Shown: in pieces, positions 1 through 12,829 of the stretch
Layout of the letters: every line of letters starts with the position of its first letter
Position numbering within the stretch: the stretch's first letter is position 1
Assembly (NCBI GenBank): GCA_964016885.1
Contig: OZ024748.1
Span: 53,878,001-53,942,000 of the forward strand
DNA length: 64,000 nucleotides
DNA from: Eledone cirrhosa
Lineage: Eukaryota
Direction: 5' to 3'
The notes under the pieces: model-generated
Told to the model about the DNA's origin: nothing
Databases searched by the model: none
What the model saw: the letters and a program-made list of their open reading frames with translations, nothing else
Position numbers and translations under genes: made by a program

Positions 1-470
1 TTAAAAATAAAGAAGACAAAAACAAGACAAAAAGAAATAAATATAAAGATTTTTTTTTTAAATATCAAAAATTGAAGAATAAAAATATTTAAAAATTTCT
101 AAACAAATTTTAACAAATAAATAAATAAATAAATAAGAACAATTAAACAAAAGTAAAAAAGTAAAATAAAAGGAAAAAAAAACACATCACCAATTTTAAA
201 AAATAAATAAAAATAAATAAAAAACGAAGAAAGCAGTTTTATTCTTTTTAAATCAAAAATTAAAAAAACATTAAATTTCTAAACAAATAAATAAATAAAT
301 AAATAAATAAATAAATATAAACAAATAAATAAATATAAACAAATAAAACAAAATTAAAAAAAAAAAACGTCAGCAATTTTTCAAAAAGAGAAAAAATAAA
401 TGAAAGTTTTTTAAAAAATAAATAAAAATTTAAAAAATAAATAAAATTTGTTAAAACAAATCAAACATGG
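1..470. repeat. A-rich low-complexity region with (AAAT)n
   Basis: Direct reading: long A runs and aaat repeats. Confidence 0.85.
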
Positions 471-495
471 AACTTCTGTTTCTTTTGTTATATCA

Positions 496-1110
496 TGTTG
501 TTGTTGTTGTGGTGATGGTGTTGTTGTTGGTGGTGGTGGTGCTGTTGTTGGTGGTGCTGTTGGTGGGGGTGGTGCTGTTGTGGTGGTGGTGGTGTTGGTG
601 GTGGTGGTGGTGCTGTTGTTGGTGATGGTGCTGTTGGTGTTGTTGGTAGTGGTGTTGGCAGTGGTGCTGTTGTTGGTGGTGCTGTTGGTGGGGGTGGTGC
701 TGTTGTGGTGGTGGTGGTGGTGGTGGTGGTGGTGGTGGTGCTGTTGTTGGTGATGGTGCTGTTGGTGTTGTTGGTAGTGGTGTTGGCAGTGGTGCTGTTG
801 TTGTTGTGGTGGTGGTGTTGGTGGTGGTGCTGTTGCTGGTAGTGGTGGTGGTGTTGTTGTTGTTGGTGGTGGTGGTGTTGGTGTTGTTGGTGGTAGTGCT
901 GTTGGTGGTGTGGTGTTGTTGTTGTTGTTGGTGGTGGTGTTGTACTGTTGGTGGTGGTGGTGATGTTGTGTTATTGGTGGTGTTGGTGGTAGTGCTGTTG
1001 GTGGTGGTGTTGTTGGTGTTGGTGGTGTTGTGTTGTGCTGTTGGTAGTGGTGTGGTGGTGGTGGTGGTGGTGCTGTGTTGTTGGCGGTGTTGGTGTTGTG
1101 TTGTTGTTGT
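496..1110. repeat. Compound (GGT/GTT)n trinucleotide array
   Basis: Direct reading; explains the poly-V/poly-T ORFs. Confidence 0.95.
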
Positions 1111-1394
1111 TTTTAGGGTGCAGGGGGGAGGTTTTGTTGTTTTGTTTCTGAAAGTAGGAGGGGGAAGGTTAAAGGCAGAGTCTATATTAATTCTTTCTTT
1201 TTTTTTGTTGTTCTTTTCATTGTTGTTCTTCTTGTCATTGTTCTTTTTGTTGTTGTTCTTCTCCTTTCTGTTGTTATTGTAGTTGTTATTGTTGTTCTTA
1301 TTTGTGTTGTTGTTGTTGCTGTTCTCCTGCTTCCAGTAATCCATGTCCCATCTACCCCCTTAGTCACTGTACACCTTTATTACATGTCTGTATA

Positions 1395-2100
1395 AAATAG
1401 AATTAACCACCCATTAAAGTACTGGCATTGATGTAATAGATTTGCCCCCACCCCACTCCCTCCTCATCTCCTCCTCTCTCTCGAAAATTGCTGACCTTTG
1501 ACCTAAATTAGAAACCATTATTATTAGGCATTTATAGCTCTTTATGTTCTGGGTTCAAATCTGTCTGAGATCAACATTGCTGTTCATTTTACTGGCAGTT
1601 GATTAAATAAGGTATCAATAAAGTACCAGGGTCGATTTAATTGACTTTTCTCCACCCTGCTCAAGTTGATGGCCTTTTGTCTCAATTAAAATCCATTATT
1701 AATTTGCAGGGTGAATTGGCGGTATCAGCAGAGCGTCGGACACCATGCTTTGCAGCATAGAGTTACGCCCCTTTCCGGTTTGAGTTCAAATCCTGCCGAA
1801 GTAAACTTTGCCTTTTATCCTTACGAGGTCAATAAAATAAAGTATCAGTAATGTACTGGGGTAATTGCTGGCCTTGTGCCAAACGTAGAATCAATTATTA
1901 ATTTGCAGGGTCATTAGAGCGTTGAACAGAATGTTTTCTGGTATTTGTCCCAACTTTCTACATATTCAGTTCAAATCTTGTCAAGATCAATTTTGCATTT
2001 CATGCTTCCAGGATTCAATAAAAAATAACTACTGGGGCAAATTTAATCAACTAACCTCTTTCTCACAAATTCCGAGCCTTTCGTCTGTGTTGAAAAACAA
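1395..2100 (+). mobile_element. Cluster of about 4 partial copies of tRNA-headed SINE family A
   Basis: Repeated B-box GAGTTCAAATCC followed by aactttgcctttcatcc...gataaaataaagtaccag...ggccttgtgcc..tagaaac; the same consensus recurs more than 12 times in the window. Confidence 0.8.
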
Positions 2101-2461
2101 CTGTTTTTAGCATTACTACTGTCATATTGCTGAAGACTGGGTCTTTGTATTAGCTGATGTCATTTTCTCATGATAAAATATAAAAAGTTGTCCTATGTCT
2201 TTCTTTCACTTAAATAACCTGAGACATTCACTGGACATGGTTATAAATCTCAGTTAACATGTGGGCCTCTATAGGGCCGCTTTACATGCAAAAAACAGCA
2301 GCCAATTTTCTCTTAACCCTTTCATGTCCATATTCATGATGAAAGACATGATTTCTTGTTTTCAAATAGTTTCGAAAATAATCAAGAATTTGCAATGTTT
2401 TAGTAACATAACTAACTTTCTCATTTTTAAGTTTATCTTTCAAACATAGCTGAACAAAGGT

Positions 2462-2782
2462 TCATCATCATCATCATCATTTTACGTCCGCTTTTCCCTG
2501 CTTGCAAGGGTAGGACGGGAACTGATTCTGGCTTGATTTCTACAGCTGGATACCCTTTACAGTGTGGGCTGGGTTTTTTTTTTGCTGTGGCACCTCCACA
2601 ACCACTTTGCAGTGGAATGATAGGGGCCCCAGTCCTATCATCTCATTTCTACAGCTGAGTAAACTGGAGCAATCTGAAATAAAGTGTCTTGCTCAAGGAA
2701 ACAACACATCACTTGGTCTGAGAATTGAACTCACAACCTTTCGATTGCAAGGCCAATGCTCTAACCACTAACCATGTGCCTC
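2462..2782 (-). mobile_element. SINE family B (tRNA head + CORE-like body + RTE tail type 1)
   Basis: Minus strand: A/B boxes, ttccttgagcaagacactttatt body, tail ccttgcaagcagggaaaagcggacgtaaaa(tga)n. Confidence 0.9.
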
Positions 2783-3199
2783 AGTTGGTTGTTACATAGG
2801 ATTATGATGGAAAGTTTTTTGATTAATATAAACGGTTTAAAACTGAGTTTTGTATCATAGAACGAAGGGTGGTTTCAGGGTATAATGTGTGATTCCATTG
2901 AGATTTGGTAACTATCTACAGAAGATCAAGTGACTCAGTATTTGACCTGAGGAGAGGCTAAGAACATGCATTGGTTATAGGTCTTCCCAATTAATGCTCT
3001 CCTAGATTCTAGCTTTCTATTTTTCTGTTGCATTGCGTCGTCTCAGACCACAATCAGTTAACCATGTCCTGGCCATATTTCTAATGAAATACACTCTATT
3101 ACAATTAATTAATGAGGAATTTTGATTGATTTACTAACATTATTTATTATTTCATCACTAAGATGATAATTTATCATATTGTTCTTATAAAAACATATG

Positions 3200-3570
3200 T
3201 TGGAAGATGTCTTTATAATGCCAATCACTTTACAGAATGTACTGAGTACATTTTATCATGGCCCTGGCACTACCACTTTACTGTGTGTAGAGGGTGCATT
3301 TTATCGTGGCACCAGCACAACCACTTTACAGAATGTACTGAGTGCATTTTATCATGACAGAGATTTTACAAACAAAAGGAAATGGCAGGAAACCCATAGG
3401 TAGACCATGAGCAAGATGATTGGTCTCACTTATATATGCAACTGGATCAATTGGAGAGAGTTGCTTCTAATATGTGGATCTTCTCTTGTATATCAAGTCA
3501 CCAGTCAACTTGATCCTGTGTCATCTCTTTTATGAGGCTCACGTTCTTGAGGTCATTCTTCACATTTATA
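3200..3570 (-). mobile_element. Degenerate RTE LINE 3' remnant with about 3 copies of the 49-bp 3' module
   Basis: Minus strand reads VKNDLKNVSLIKEMTQDQVDW, similar to the RTE C-termini at 21.5 and 60.7 kb; the repeats at 3220-3360 resemble the 49-mer. Confidence 0.55.
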
Positions 3571-3829
3571 GACAGATAGATAGAGAGATGAGAGGGTGGT
3601 TAGATAGACAGAAATATATATGGAGAGGTGATGGGGGGGGGTATATAGACAGAGAGATAGGTGGAGAGAAACAGATTAGTGGAGATGTTGAAAGGAAGAG
3701 AGATAAGTGAAGAGCAAGAGAGATGTACTGGTAGTGAGGCAGAGGTGTGAACAGTATGATGGATGTGTGAGAATTAGATAATTCCTTGGGGGAAGAGGAG
3801 GTGAGTCTGTTTAAATTGTAGTGAGGTAG

Positions 3830-4258
3830 ATATATTGATAGATAGATAGAGAGAGAGAGAAGCTATGATGATAGACAGACTAATGTAGAGCGGAGGAGTA
3901 TAGAGATCATATGATAGAGATGTATAGAGGTAGATATATTGAGTGATAGAGAGGCTATGGTGATAGGTAAATAGATAGATAGATAGAGTGGAGGGGATAT
4001 AGAGATCATATGATAGAGATGTATAGAGGTAGATATATTAAGAGATAGAGAGGCTATGATGATAGATAGATACAGATAGAGAAGAGAGGATGTAGAGATC
4101 ATATGATAGAAGGGTAGGGATATAAAGAGGTAGATTGATAAATTGATAGAGAGTAGATTGGGCAAAGAAATAGATACAATGATTGGTAGATGTAGATAGA
4201 TAGATGGGTAGTAGACGAGACAGAGATACGGATATAGAGCGATGAATATATATAGATA
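3830..4258. repeat. Degenerate (GATA)n/(GA)n array
   Basis: Direct reading. Confidence 0.85.
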
Positions 4259-4746
4259 TGTTTCTTTATTAGCCACAGGGGCACAAAAGAAGGGGACAAA
4301 TACAAAGGGGGAAGTTTACATACAATAAAAACGTGTAAAATATCACAAATGCAATTTAAAAGTTAATCGATTTTCCCCAATAGGGGCAGACATTTCATAT
4401 GGGTAACACATACCCCCCCAAAAAAAATTGTGCAACCCTCATCTCCAGGAGTATGAAGAGTTTGTAGCCCTTTCCTCTCTTCCTCTTTTTCCTCAACCTA
4501 CAGGCTGATATAGAGAGAAGGCCCATTCACTCGGGCCATTCTCTCCACTTTCACCCACCTTTCATAAAGCTTGCTGGGGTGCAGCACCTCTCTCTCCATC
4601 CTGATTCTTCTTCCAAAGTGGTATTTGAAAAAAAGAATCAGTTGTTGGCCGGAGAGAAAGGTGTCTGACCTCAGCCCTTTTAACCTCGTCCACCATACAA
4701 CCTCTTTCGCCATAGCTATCACACAAAGTAAAACTGCCTCTCCCTC
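4259..4746 (-). mobile_element. 5'-truncated L1/Tx1-like LINE (ORF2 C-terminus + 3' UTR)
   Basis: ORF tail AKEVVWWTRLK...FKYHFGRRIRMERE...ERWV* resembles Tx1 ORF2 ends; AATAAA lies just before the (TATC)n junction. Confidence 0.65.
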
Positions 4747-4852
4747 AGATAGATAGATAGATGGATGGATAGATAAATAAACAGACAGATAGATAGGTAC
4801 ATAGACAGATAGATAGATAAGACAGACATATAGATTGATAGACAGATAGATA

Positions 4853-5137
4853 TGTTTCTTTATTAGCCACAGGGGCACAAAAGAAGGGGACAAATACAAA
4901 GGGGGAAGTTTACATACAATAAAAACGTGTAAAATATTATCACAAATGCAATTTAAAAATTAGTCGATTTTCCCCAATAGGGGGAGACATTTCATATGGG
5001 TAACACATACCCCCGAAAAAAATGTGCAACCCTCATCTCCAGGAGTACGAAGAGTTTGTACTCCTTTCCTCTCCTCCTCTTTTTCCTCAACCTACAGGCT
5101 GATATAGAGAGAAGGCCCATTCACTCGGGCCATTCTC
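4853..5137 (-). mobile_element. Second, shorter copy of the same Tx1-like 3' end
   Basis: Near-identical to 4259-4542, with the same 3' junction and a different 5' truncation. Confidence 0.7.
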
Positions 5138-5429
5138 GCAGATAGATAGGTAAGTAAGAAGGAAAGAAAGCATCGAAGCTGGCAGATGCATGCATGTATA
5201 GACAACCATACACTGTAATGTTTGAAAGTGATAGATATTCATCAGAAAATAGACTGATAGATTAGTAGGTGGGGTGGGGGGTAAACAGTTCAATAGACAC
5301 ACCACATACATACATACATACATACACACATACACACACTGATAGATATGTGTACTGTTAGTGAGAGAGAGTGAGGCAAGGTGAGGGAGAGAGTGAGGCA
5401 AAGAGTCTCAGAGTGGTGGGGGGAGGTGC

Positions 5430-5870
5430 AGGCAGACAGAGAGAGATAGACAGATAGAGTGAGAAAGAGAGAGAGTGGGATAGAGAGAGAAACAGAGAGG
5501 CTAAGAGAGAAAGCAAGCAAGAGAGAGAGAACAGACAGAAACAGTGAGAGAGAGAAAGAGAGTTTGGGGAGAGAGAGAAAGAGAGTTTGGGGAGAAAGAG
5601 AAAGAGAGTTTGGGGAGAGTGAGAAAGAGAGTTTGGGGAGAGAGAGAAAGAGAGTTTGGGGAGAGTGAGAAAGAGAGAGAGGATGTGAGAGAAAGAGAGA
5701 GGGGTGAGGCAGGGTGAAAGAGGTGAGACAGAGAGAGAGATAGACAGTGTGACAAGAGAGAAAGAGAGATAGATAAAGAGAGAGAGAGGAGAGAGAAAAA
5801 GAGAGAGAGGGAAGAGAAATAAAGAGAGAAAGAGAGAGAGGGGAGAGAGAGAGAGAAAGACAGTAAGAGA
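5430..5870. repeat. (GA)-rich array with a 22-24 bp gagaaagagagtttgggga subunit
   Basis: Direct reading. Confidence 0.9.
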
Positions 5871-6519
5871 GAAATATTGATAGCCAAAATCTTAATGAAA
5901 TGCATACAATGATTAATTAGAGTAAAAGGTAGGTGAAGGAAGAGAGAGTTCAGTCACAGCTTGTCTAAAACAATTTATCAGTAAGAAAGTCTGATCTATT
6001 AGCAATTAACAACGACACCATTAATACAGGGCCTTAATTTAGAAGCTAATTAAAGTAATTTGCTATTTAAGATGTAGTCGTGTCTGATGGGCTTCCAATA
6101 TTTCACTTCGTTACTTTCTCTTATATTCATTACTGGCAGATATAACACCACTCTCTCACTCTCTCTCTCTCTCTCTGTAGGATCAGCCTCTCTCTCTCTC
6201 TCTCTCTATTGCTGATCAGTCTCTCCCCCTCTCTGTATGTGTGTGTTTGAGTGATCAGTCTCTCTCTGTGTATATATGTTTGTGTGTGTATGTGTATTAT
6301 CAGTCTTCCTGTCTAACTCTGTGTGTGTGTGTATCATCAGTGTCTGTCTGTATGCCTGTCATTGTGTGTGTGTATGTGTGTATCATTAGTCTGTCTGTCT
6401 TACTGTGTATGTGTGTGTGTATCACCAGTCTGTCTGTATGTCTTGCTGTATATGTGTGTTTTTAAGTATCCATAGGTATGTATAAGTAGAACTGGTCAAT
6501 CAATCGATGGACATCAGAT

Positions 6520-6670
6520 TCAGCAATGACTGTTCCAGTCGTTCAACCAATGGGACAACCTGCTCATGAATTTAATGTGTGGGTGACTGAGCATTCCAGG
6601 AAACATGTGTACCCTTGTCATAGTTCTCAGGAAGATTCAGAATGACATGATGTATCACAAAACTGGCCCT
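6520..6670 (+). mobile_element. Degenerate interspersed repeat (SINE body-like)
   Basis: ggacaacctgctcatgaa...gtgtaccctt...gttctcagg..gattcag resembles a cephalopod SINE body from memory; not verified. Confidence 0.4.
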
Positions 6671-7140
6671 TCTCACTGCAGAACCACAGTTTGGTAGCCT
6701 GGCACTGGATGGGACTGCTATAAGGTGGGACAGGCTAGTTGGTTGTACTGAACCCTTCTCACTGCAGAACCACAGTTTGGTAGCCTGGAACTGGATGGCA
6801 CTGCTATAAGGTGGGACAGGCTAGTTGGTTGTACTGAACCCTTTTCACTGCAGAACCACAGTTTGGTAGCCTGGAACTGGATGGCACTGCTATGAGGAGG
6901 GACAGGCTAGTTGGTTGTACTGAACCCTTTTCACTGCAGAACCACAGTTTGGTAGCCTGGAACTGGATGGGACTGCTATAAGGTGGGACAGATAGTTGGT
7001 TGTACTGAACCCTTTTCACTGCAGAACCACAGTTTGGTAGCCTGGAACTGGATGGCACTGCTATGAGGAGGGACAGGCTAGTTGGTTGTACTGAACTCTC
7101 CTCACGGTAGAACAAACAGTTTGGAAGCCTGGAACTAGAT
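6667..7140. repeat. 86-bp tandem repeat, about 5.5 copies
   Basis: ctgcagaaccacag recurs at 6676, 6762, 6848, 6934 and 7019, with a diverged copy at 7105. Confidence 0.95.
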
Positions 7141-7559
7141 TTCTCTTAAACTCAGTTTTTCCCTCAGTTCGTCCAAACTCTGCCTTTCTCTCGCACTTAC
7201 ATTGCACCTCCAATGGATCATGGTTTCTTCATGTCTCTCCAGTCTATGCAGCCCCTGCAACAGTAAGAAACTTCCCTTATACAAGTGTTTCAGCCCTTAA
7301 CTTGTTACTTACACTCTAAGGGGGCTGGGCCACATCCAGGCTATGACTCCTAGGTTCCCTTCTGCTAACACATAGCCATTCAGATATTGGAGACTTTTAA
7401 TGCATTTCAATAGCACGTGGAAATCGATTAAATATATCGTCAACCATACACAATTAGGTATAAAATTAAAGTTAGAAGAAAAAATGCATATACACATACT
7501 AGGATTATATATATATATATAGTGAAAGAATGAAGAGTAACATGGTTGGCTGAACAATA

Positions 7560-7735
7560 AGAGGCATTATTTCCGGACGCCATGCTTTGACGCATAGAGT
7601 TACGGCCCTTGCCATTCTGAGTTCAAATCCCGCCGAGGTTAACTTTGCCTTTCATCCTTACGGGGTCGATAAAATAAAGTACCAGTAATACACTGGGTAA
7701 TTTCTGACCTTGTGCCAAAAGTAGAAACAATTATT
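7560..7735 (+). mobile_element. SINE family A
   Basis: gagttcaaatcccgccgaggttaactttgcctttcatccttacggggtcgataaaataaagtaccag. Confidence 0.9.
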
Positions 7736-7978
7736 TCAAGTCCTGACAATTGTTTCATTGATCAGGTGAGTCTAGAGGTCGCTAATCACTTGAAGTTGTG
7801 TCACTCAATCTCCAATACATTATTTAACTCTGACCAACTCATCAGAGTACATAGATATAAAACTATCCACGATGCAGAGTACTCACAACCTCTAACTGGA
7901 TTTCCTATAATAACTTGTTATCCCATATATATATATATATATACACACACCATATATATATATATACACACACACACC

Positions 7979-8012
<34 letters not shown>

Positions 8013-8609
8013 CATTTTTACATTCAGTGTTATTGGGATGTTTACTTACTGAACTTTAATTTGATTTTATCAGACTAAACATATGCGTGTGTGTGTATGT
8101 GTTGGTGTATATGTATGTACGTGTGTGGTTTGTGTGTATGAAAGTGAGTGTGTATATGCGTAAAAGAGTGTGTGAAATTGAAAGAGAAAAATGAGAGAGA
8201 GAGAGAGATTGAGATTTTGTTGTGCTAAAGATACCTGTGTGTATTAGAGAAGGGGGGTGATACTATCGCACTAATGGATTGTGTGAGTGTGTGATGATGT
8301 GTGTGATTGTGTGTATGTGATGAAGTGTATGTGTGTTTGATTGTGTATGTGATGGTGTATGTGCATTAGTGGCCATGTGTGACTGTGGGTGTGAGTGTGT
8401 GATGATGTGTGTGATTGTGTGTATGTGATGAAGTGTATGTGTGTTTGATTGTGTATGTGATGGTGTATGTGCATTAGTGGCCATGTGTGACTGTGGGTGT
8501 GAGTGTGGGTGTGACTGTGGGTGTGAGTGTGCATAATGTTGACATTTATTTATTTATTTCATTTATTTATTTATTTGTTTAATGTCAGTATGGATTCAAC
8601 AAAGCATGT

Positions 8610-8990
8610 TATATATATCTATATATATAACAAATATCTATATATGTATATAACAAATATCTATATATGTATATAACAAATATCTATATATGTATATAAC
8701 AAATATCTATATATGTATATAACAAATATCTATATATGTATATAACAAATATCTATATATATATATAACAAATATCTATATATATATATATAACAAATAT
8801 CTATATATGTATATAACAAATATATATATATGTATATAACAAATATCTATATATGTATATAACAAATATCTATATATATATATAACAAATATCTATATAT
8901 GTATATAACAAATATCTATATATATATATAACAAATATCTATATATGTATATAACAAATATATATATATGTATATAACAAATATATATAT
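8610..8990. repeat. TA-derived minisatellite of about 23 bp (atctatatatgtatataacaaat)
   Basis: Direct reading. Confidence 0.95.
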
Positions 8991-9376
8991 ATCATCATCA
9001 TCATTTTACGTCCACTTTTCCCTGCTTGCAAGGGTTGGACGGGAACTGATTCTGGCTTGATTTCTACAGCTGGATGCCCTTCCTAACACCAACCTCATTT
9101 ACAGTGAGTGCTGCGTGCTTTTTTTGCCGTGGCACCTCCACGACCACTTTACAGTGTGGGCTGGGTGCTTTTTTGCCGTGGCACCTCCACGACCACTTTG
9201 TAGTAGAATGATAGGAACCCCAGTCCCTATCATCTCATTTCTACAGCTGAGTAAACTGGAGCAATCTGAAATAAAGTGTCTTGCTCAAGGAAACAACACA
9301 TCACCCGGTCTGAGAATTGAACTCACAACCTTTCGATTGCAAGGCCAATGTTCTAACCACTAAGCCATGTGCCTCC
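8991..9376 (-). mobile_element. Full-length SINE family B, tail type 1, two 49-bp modules
   Basis: Head ggaggcacatggcttagtggttag...gagttcaattc; (tga)n tail. Confidence 0.92.
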
Positions 9377-9611
9377 ATATACAAGTGGATGTTTAGTAGA
9401 ATCGAAGTTTCGGCTGTGGCCAAGCTAACGATATACAATTATGAATGTGTAGCAAAGCACTCAATAAGGTTGTGTCACATTAGAGTAATAACATACGTTA
9501 GATAGCATGACAAATTGAAAACTGTGACCGGTGAACCCAGCCACATGAAACCAAAGGAATGAAAAAACCAATCAGGTATTGACAAACCATATATATATAT
9601 ATATATATATA

Positions 9612-9820
9612 TATGAATGGACCTGTTATTTTTATCTAAAGACATTTTTTCCAATTCCAACCCGCCCGTCCCCTCAATCTATCTTATTTCTCATTCTTCT
9701 AATGAAGGACTTGCGTCCGAAACATTAAGACCCTCTTCCTGCTATATCAAGCGTTAACCTAATATATCTCTTCCATATACTGTACCGATTGTGTTGATAT
9801 TTCTGTTTACCTTTTACATA
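9612..9820 (+). mobile_element. Penelope-like 3' remnant in (TA)n with a mutated hammerhead (9695-9730)
   Basis: Near-identical to 55710-55920; core reads CTAATGA..GGAC/GTCC..GAAACATT. Confidence 0.7.
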
Positions 9821-9865
9821 CATATATATATATATATACATGTTTTTTTAATTATATATAACAAT

Positions 9866-10104
9866 TTGTCCCATCCCTGCAAGCAGGAAAAAGCGGACGT
9901 AAAATGATGATGATGATGATGAACAATTGTTTCTACTTTTGGGACAAGGCCAGCAATTATCCCAGTGCATTACTGGTACTTTATTTTATTGATCCTGAAA
10001 GGATGAAAGGCAAAGTTAACCTCGGTAGGATTTGAACTCAGACAATAAAGAGCTGTAACTCTATACTGCAAAGCATGGCGTCCAACCCTCTACCGATACT
10101 GCCA
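9866..10104. mobile_element. RTE/SINE-B tail stub (+, 9866-9921) abutting a SINE family A copy (-, 9922-10104)
   Basis: cctgcaagcaggaaaaagcggacgtaaaa(tga)n followed by the reverse complement of family A. Confidence 0.85.
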
Positions 10105-10599
10105 AAAATAAAGAGTGGTGTGCTCATCCATGGAAATGCTGTAAAAATAGCTTATAAAATAGGGTGTAAGCCCTTAAAGAATTGGCCATCGACCACTAGG
10201 AAGTCCTGAACCATTATCCAATTATATATTAGAGAGATGGGGAGGGCGAGAGAGATGGAGGTGATGACAGTGGGAGTTTGGCTCTTCCATGTTTGTTCCA
10301 TATCCTTGTGGTTGTGTTCATTATCTATTGAGTTTGTGTCGCCTTACTGTCATATATGTATAAGGAGTTTATCAGACTATTCCTAATACATAATTACAAA
10401 AGAGCCCTAGATATGTAAATATATCAGGTTTACTATGTAGTAGTAGTTAAACTTACATTTTCATAGAATACTCCTAGAAGATTAATCTTCTAACATCAAG
10501 AATACAACATCTTGGAATATAGACATCTTTGAGTTTTCACCATTCATATTACATAAATACGAATAGGAGAAAAATAAGTCACTATCATCATGGCTTAGA

Positions 10600-11260
10600 T
10601 CATGGTGGTGGTGGTGGTGTTGGTTGTGATGATGACGGTAGTGGTTGTGATGATAATGGTAGTGGTGGTGGTGGTGGTGGTTGTGTTGGTTCTGATGATG
10701 ATGGTAGTGGTTGTGATGATAATAGTGGTGGTGGTGGTGGTTGTGATGATGATGGTAGTGGTTGTGGTGGTGGTGGTGGTTGTGATGATGATGGTGGTGG
10801 TTGTGATGATAATGATAGTGGTGGTGGTTGTGATGATGATGGTGGTGGTTGTGATGATGATCGTGGTTATTGTAATGATGTTGAGGATGATGGTGGTGGT
10901 GGTGATAATGATGTTGAGGAGGATGGTGGTGGTGGTGGTGGTGATGATGTTGAGGATGGTGAGGGTGATGGTGGTGTTGGTTGTAATGATGGTGGTGGTG
11001 GTGGTGTTGGTTGTAATGATGGTGGTGGTGGTGGTGGTGTAGGTTGTAATGGTGGTGGTGGTGGTGGTGGGTGTGATGTACCCTAAGATACTGGGGACAG
11101 TATAGAGTTTGAAAAAAAAGCATACAAAAAAATTTGAGATTTACATTATATACAATTAGGATTGTTGTTGTTGTTGGTGGTGTTGTTGTTGTTGTTGGTG
11201 GTGATGTTGTTGTTGTTGGTGGTGATGTTGTTATTACTGATGTTGTTGATGTTTGTGATG
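10600..11260. repeat. (GGT/GAT/GTT)n arrays
   Basis: Direct reading. Confidence 0.9.
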
Positions 11261-11304
11261 TTGTGTAGGAATTATAGAAAAAAACTCTCAATATCAACAG
11301 TAGG

Positions 11305-12044
11305 AATATGTGTATGTGTGTATGTGAATGTGTGTGTGTGTGTATGTGAATATGTGTGTGTATGTGAATATGTGTGTGTGTATGTGAATATGTATGTGAA
11401 TGTGTGTGTGTGTATGTGAATATGTGTGTGTATGTGAATGTGTGTATGTGAATATGTGTGTGTGTGTGTGAATATGTGTGTGTATGTGAATGTGTGTATG
11501 TGAATATGTGTGTGTGTATGTGAATGTGTGTGTGTGTATGTGAATGTGTGTATGTGAATGTGTGTGTGTGTATGTGAATGTGTGTGTGTGTATGTGTGTG
11601 TTTATCACTTTGGGATGATATTTTTGAAAAGGGCAACTATGTGTGTGTGTCTGTATATCTGTGTATGTATGCATGTCTGTATGTATATGTTTGTATGTGT
11701 TTGTGTGTGTATGTATGTATGTGTATGTATGTGTGTTTGTGTGTTTTCTTTTCCTTCCAATATTGCAAGGAATTACAGATTTCTTTTTTCTGGCTGTGAT
11801 GTTCAATTTATAAAGTAGGGTTCATTATTTTTCTCACACACACACACACATAGACACATACACAGGTACACACAAACACAACTTTTCAAGCACACACATA
11901 CACATATTTTCCCCCACCACACACACAGATAAATAGATATATATGTGTGTGTGTATATATATATAGATTGATATATATATATATATATAGGGAGAGAGAG
12001 AGAGAAAGAGAGATTGATATATATATATAGAGAGAGAGAGAGAT

Positions 12045-12080
<36 letters not shown>

Positions 12081-12121
12081 ATCTCTCTCTCTCTCTCTAT
12101 ATATATATATCAATCTCTCTT

Positions 12122-12169
<48 letters not shown>

Positions 12170-12184
12170 ATGAGAGAGAGAGAT

Positions 12185-12275
<91 letters not shown>
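11305..12275. repeat. (TG)n/(TA)n/(GA)n compound microsatellites
   Basis: Direct reading. Confidence 0.9.
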
Positions 12276-12279
<4 letters not shown>

Positions 12280-12829
12280 CTTCACTATATCCATTAAAAG
12301 TTCAATTATCAAACTATAATATCAGTATTGAAATATATGTTTGTTTTTACTTATGATTTTTTGTTTTGTTTTACCTTGGCAATTTGAAATCAATAAAATA
12401 TGACATAGAGTAGGTGACACTGTCATGTCATATGTCACCTTCGGATCTTCACCCACCTCCCACCATTTCCTTTACCCATCTCCCATCATTCCCCCTCATC
12501 CACCTCCCACCATTGCCCTCACCCACTCCCACCATTGCTCTCAGCCAATTACATATAAGTTTTGTTCTCTATTTTCTAGCATTATTCTTTCTTTTCTTAT
12601 ATTTGAACCATTTCCTCTGTCTTTACAATGGCTGATTATACCTTATCAAGTAAGGTAATTTTATTTAACCCATAAATGGGGCTTTAACAGGGGCTACTGC
12701 TCTGGGCCAGAGCAAATCTGGGAGTGATAACAACTAAGGGGTAACTCTACATTACCCACAACTCCTGAACTCCCGAACTGGAGCCTTGCCACTAGATGCA
12801 GTTTAATGTCATACCCAGGATAAAATTAC

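Noticed and set aside
7385-7850. Minus-strand TTGACGA..GAAATGCAT (7400-7445) and CTGATGA..TAAA (7815-7850); also CTGATGA..GAAA at 31075-31100
   Set aside because: Core mutations and/or a missing stem I.
9305-9376. tRNA gene (Ala/Cys-like) at SINE-B heads
   Set aside because: A and B boxes are present, but there is no proper acceptor stem and the head is always fused to the SINE body.
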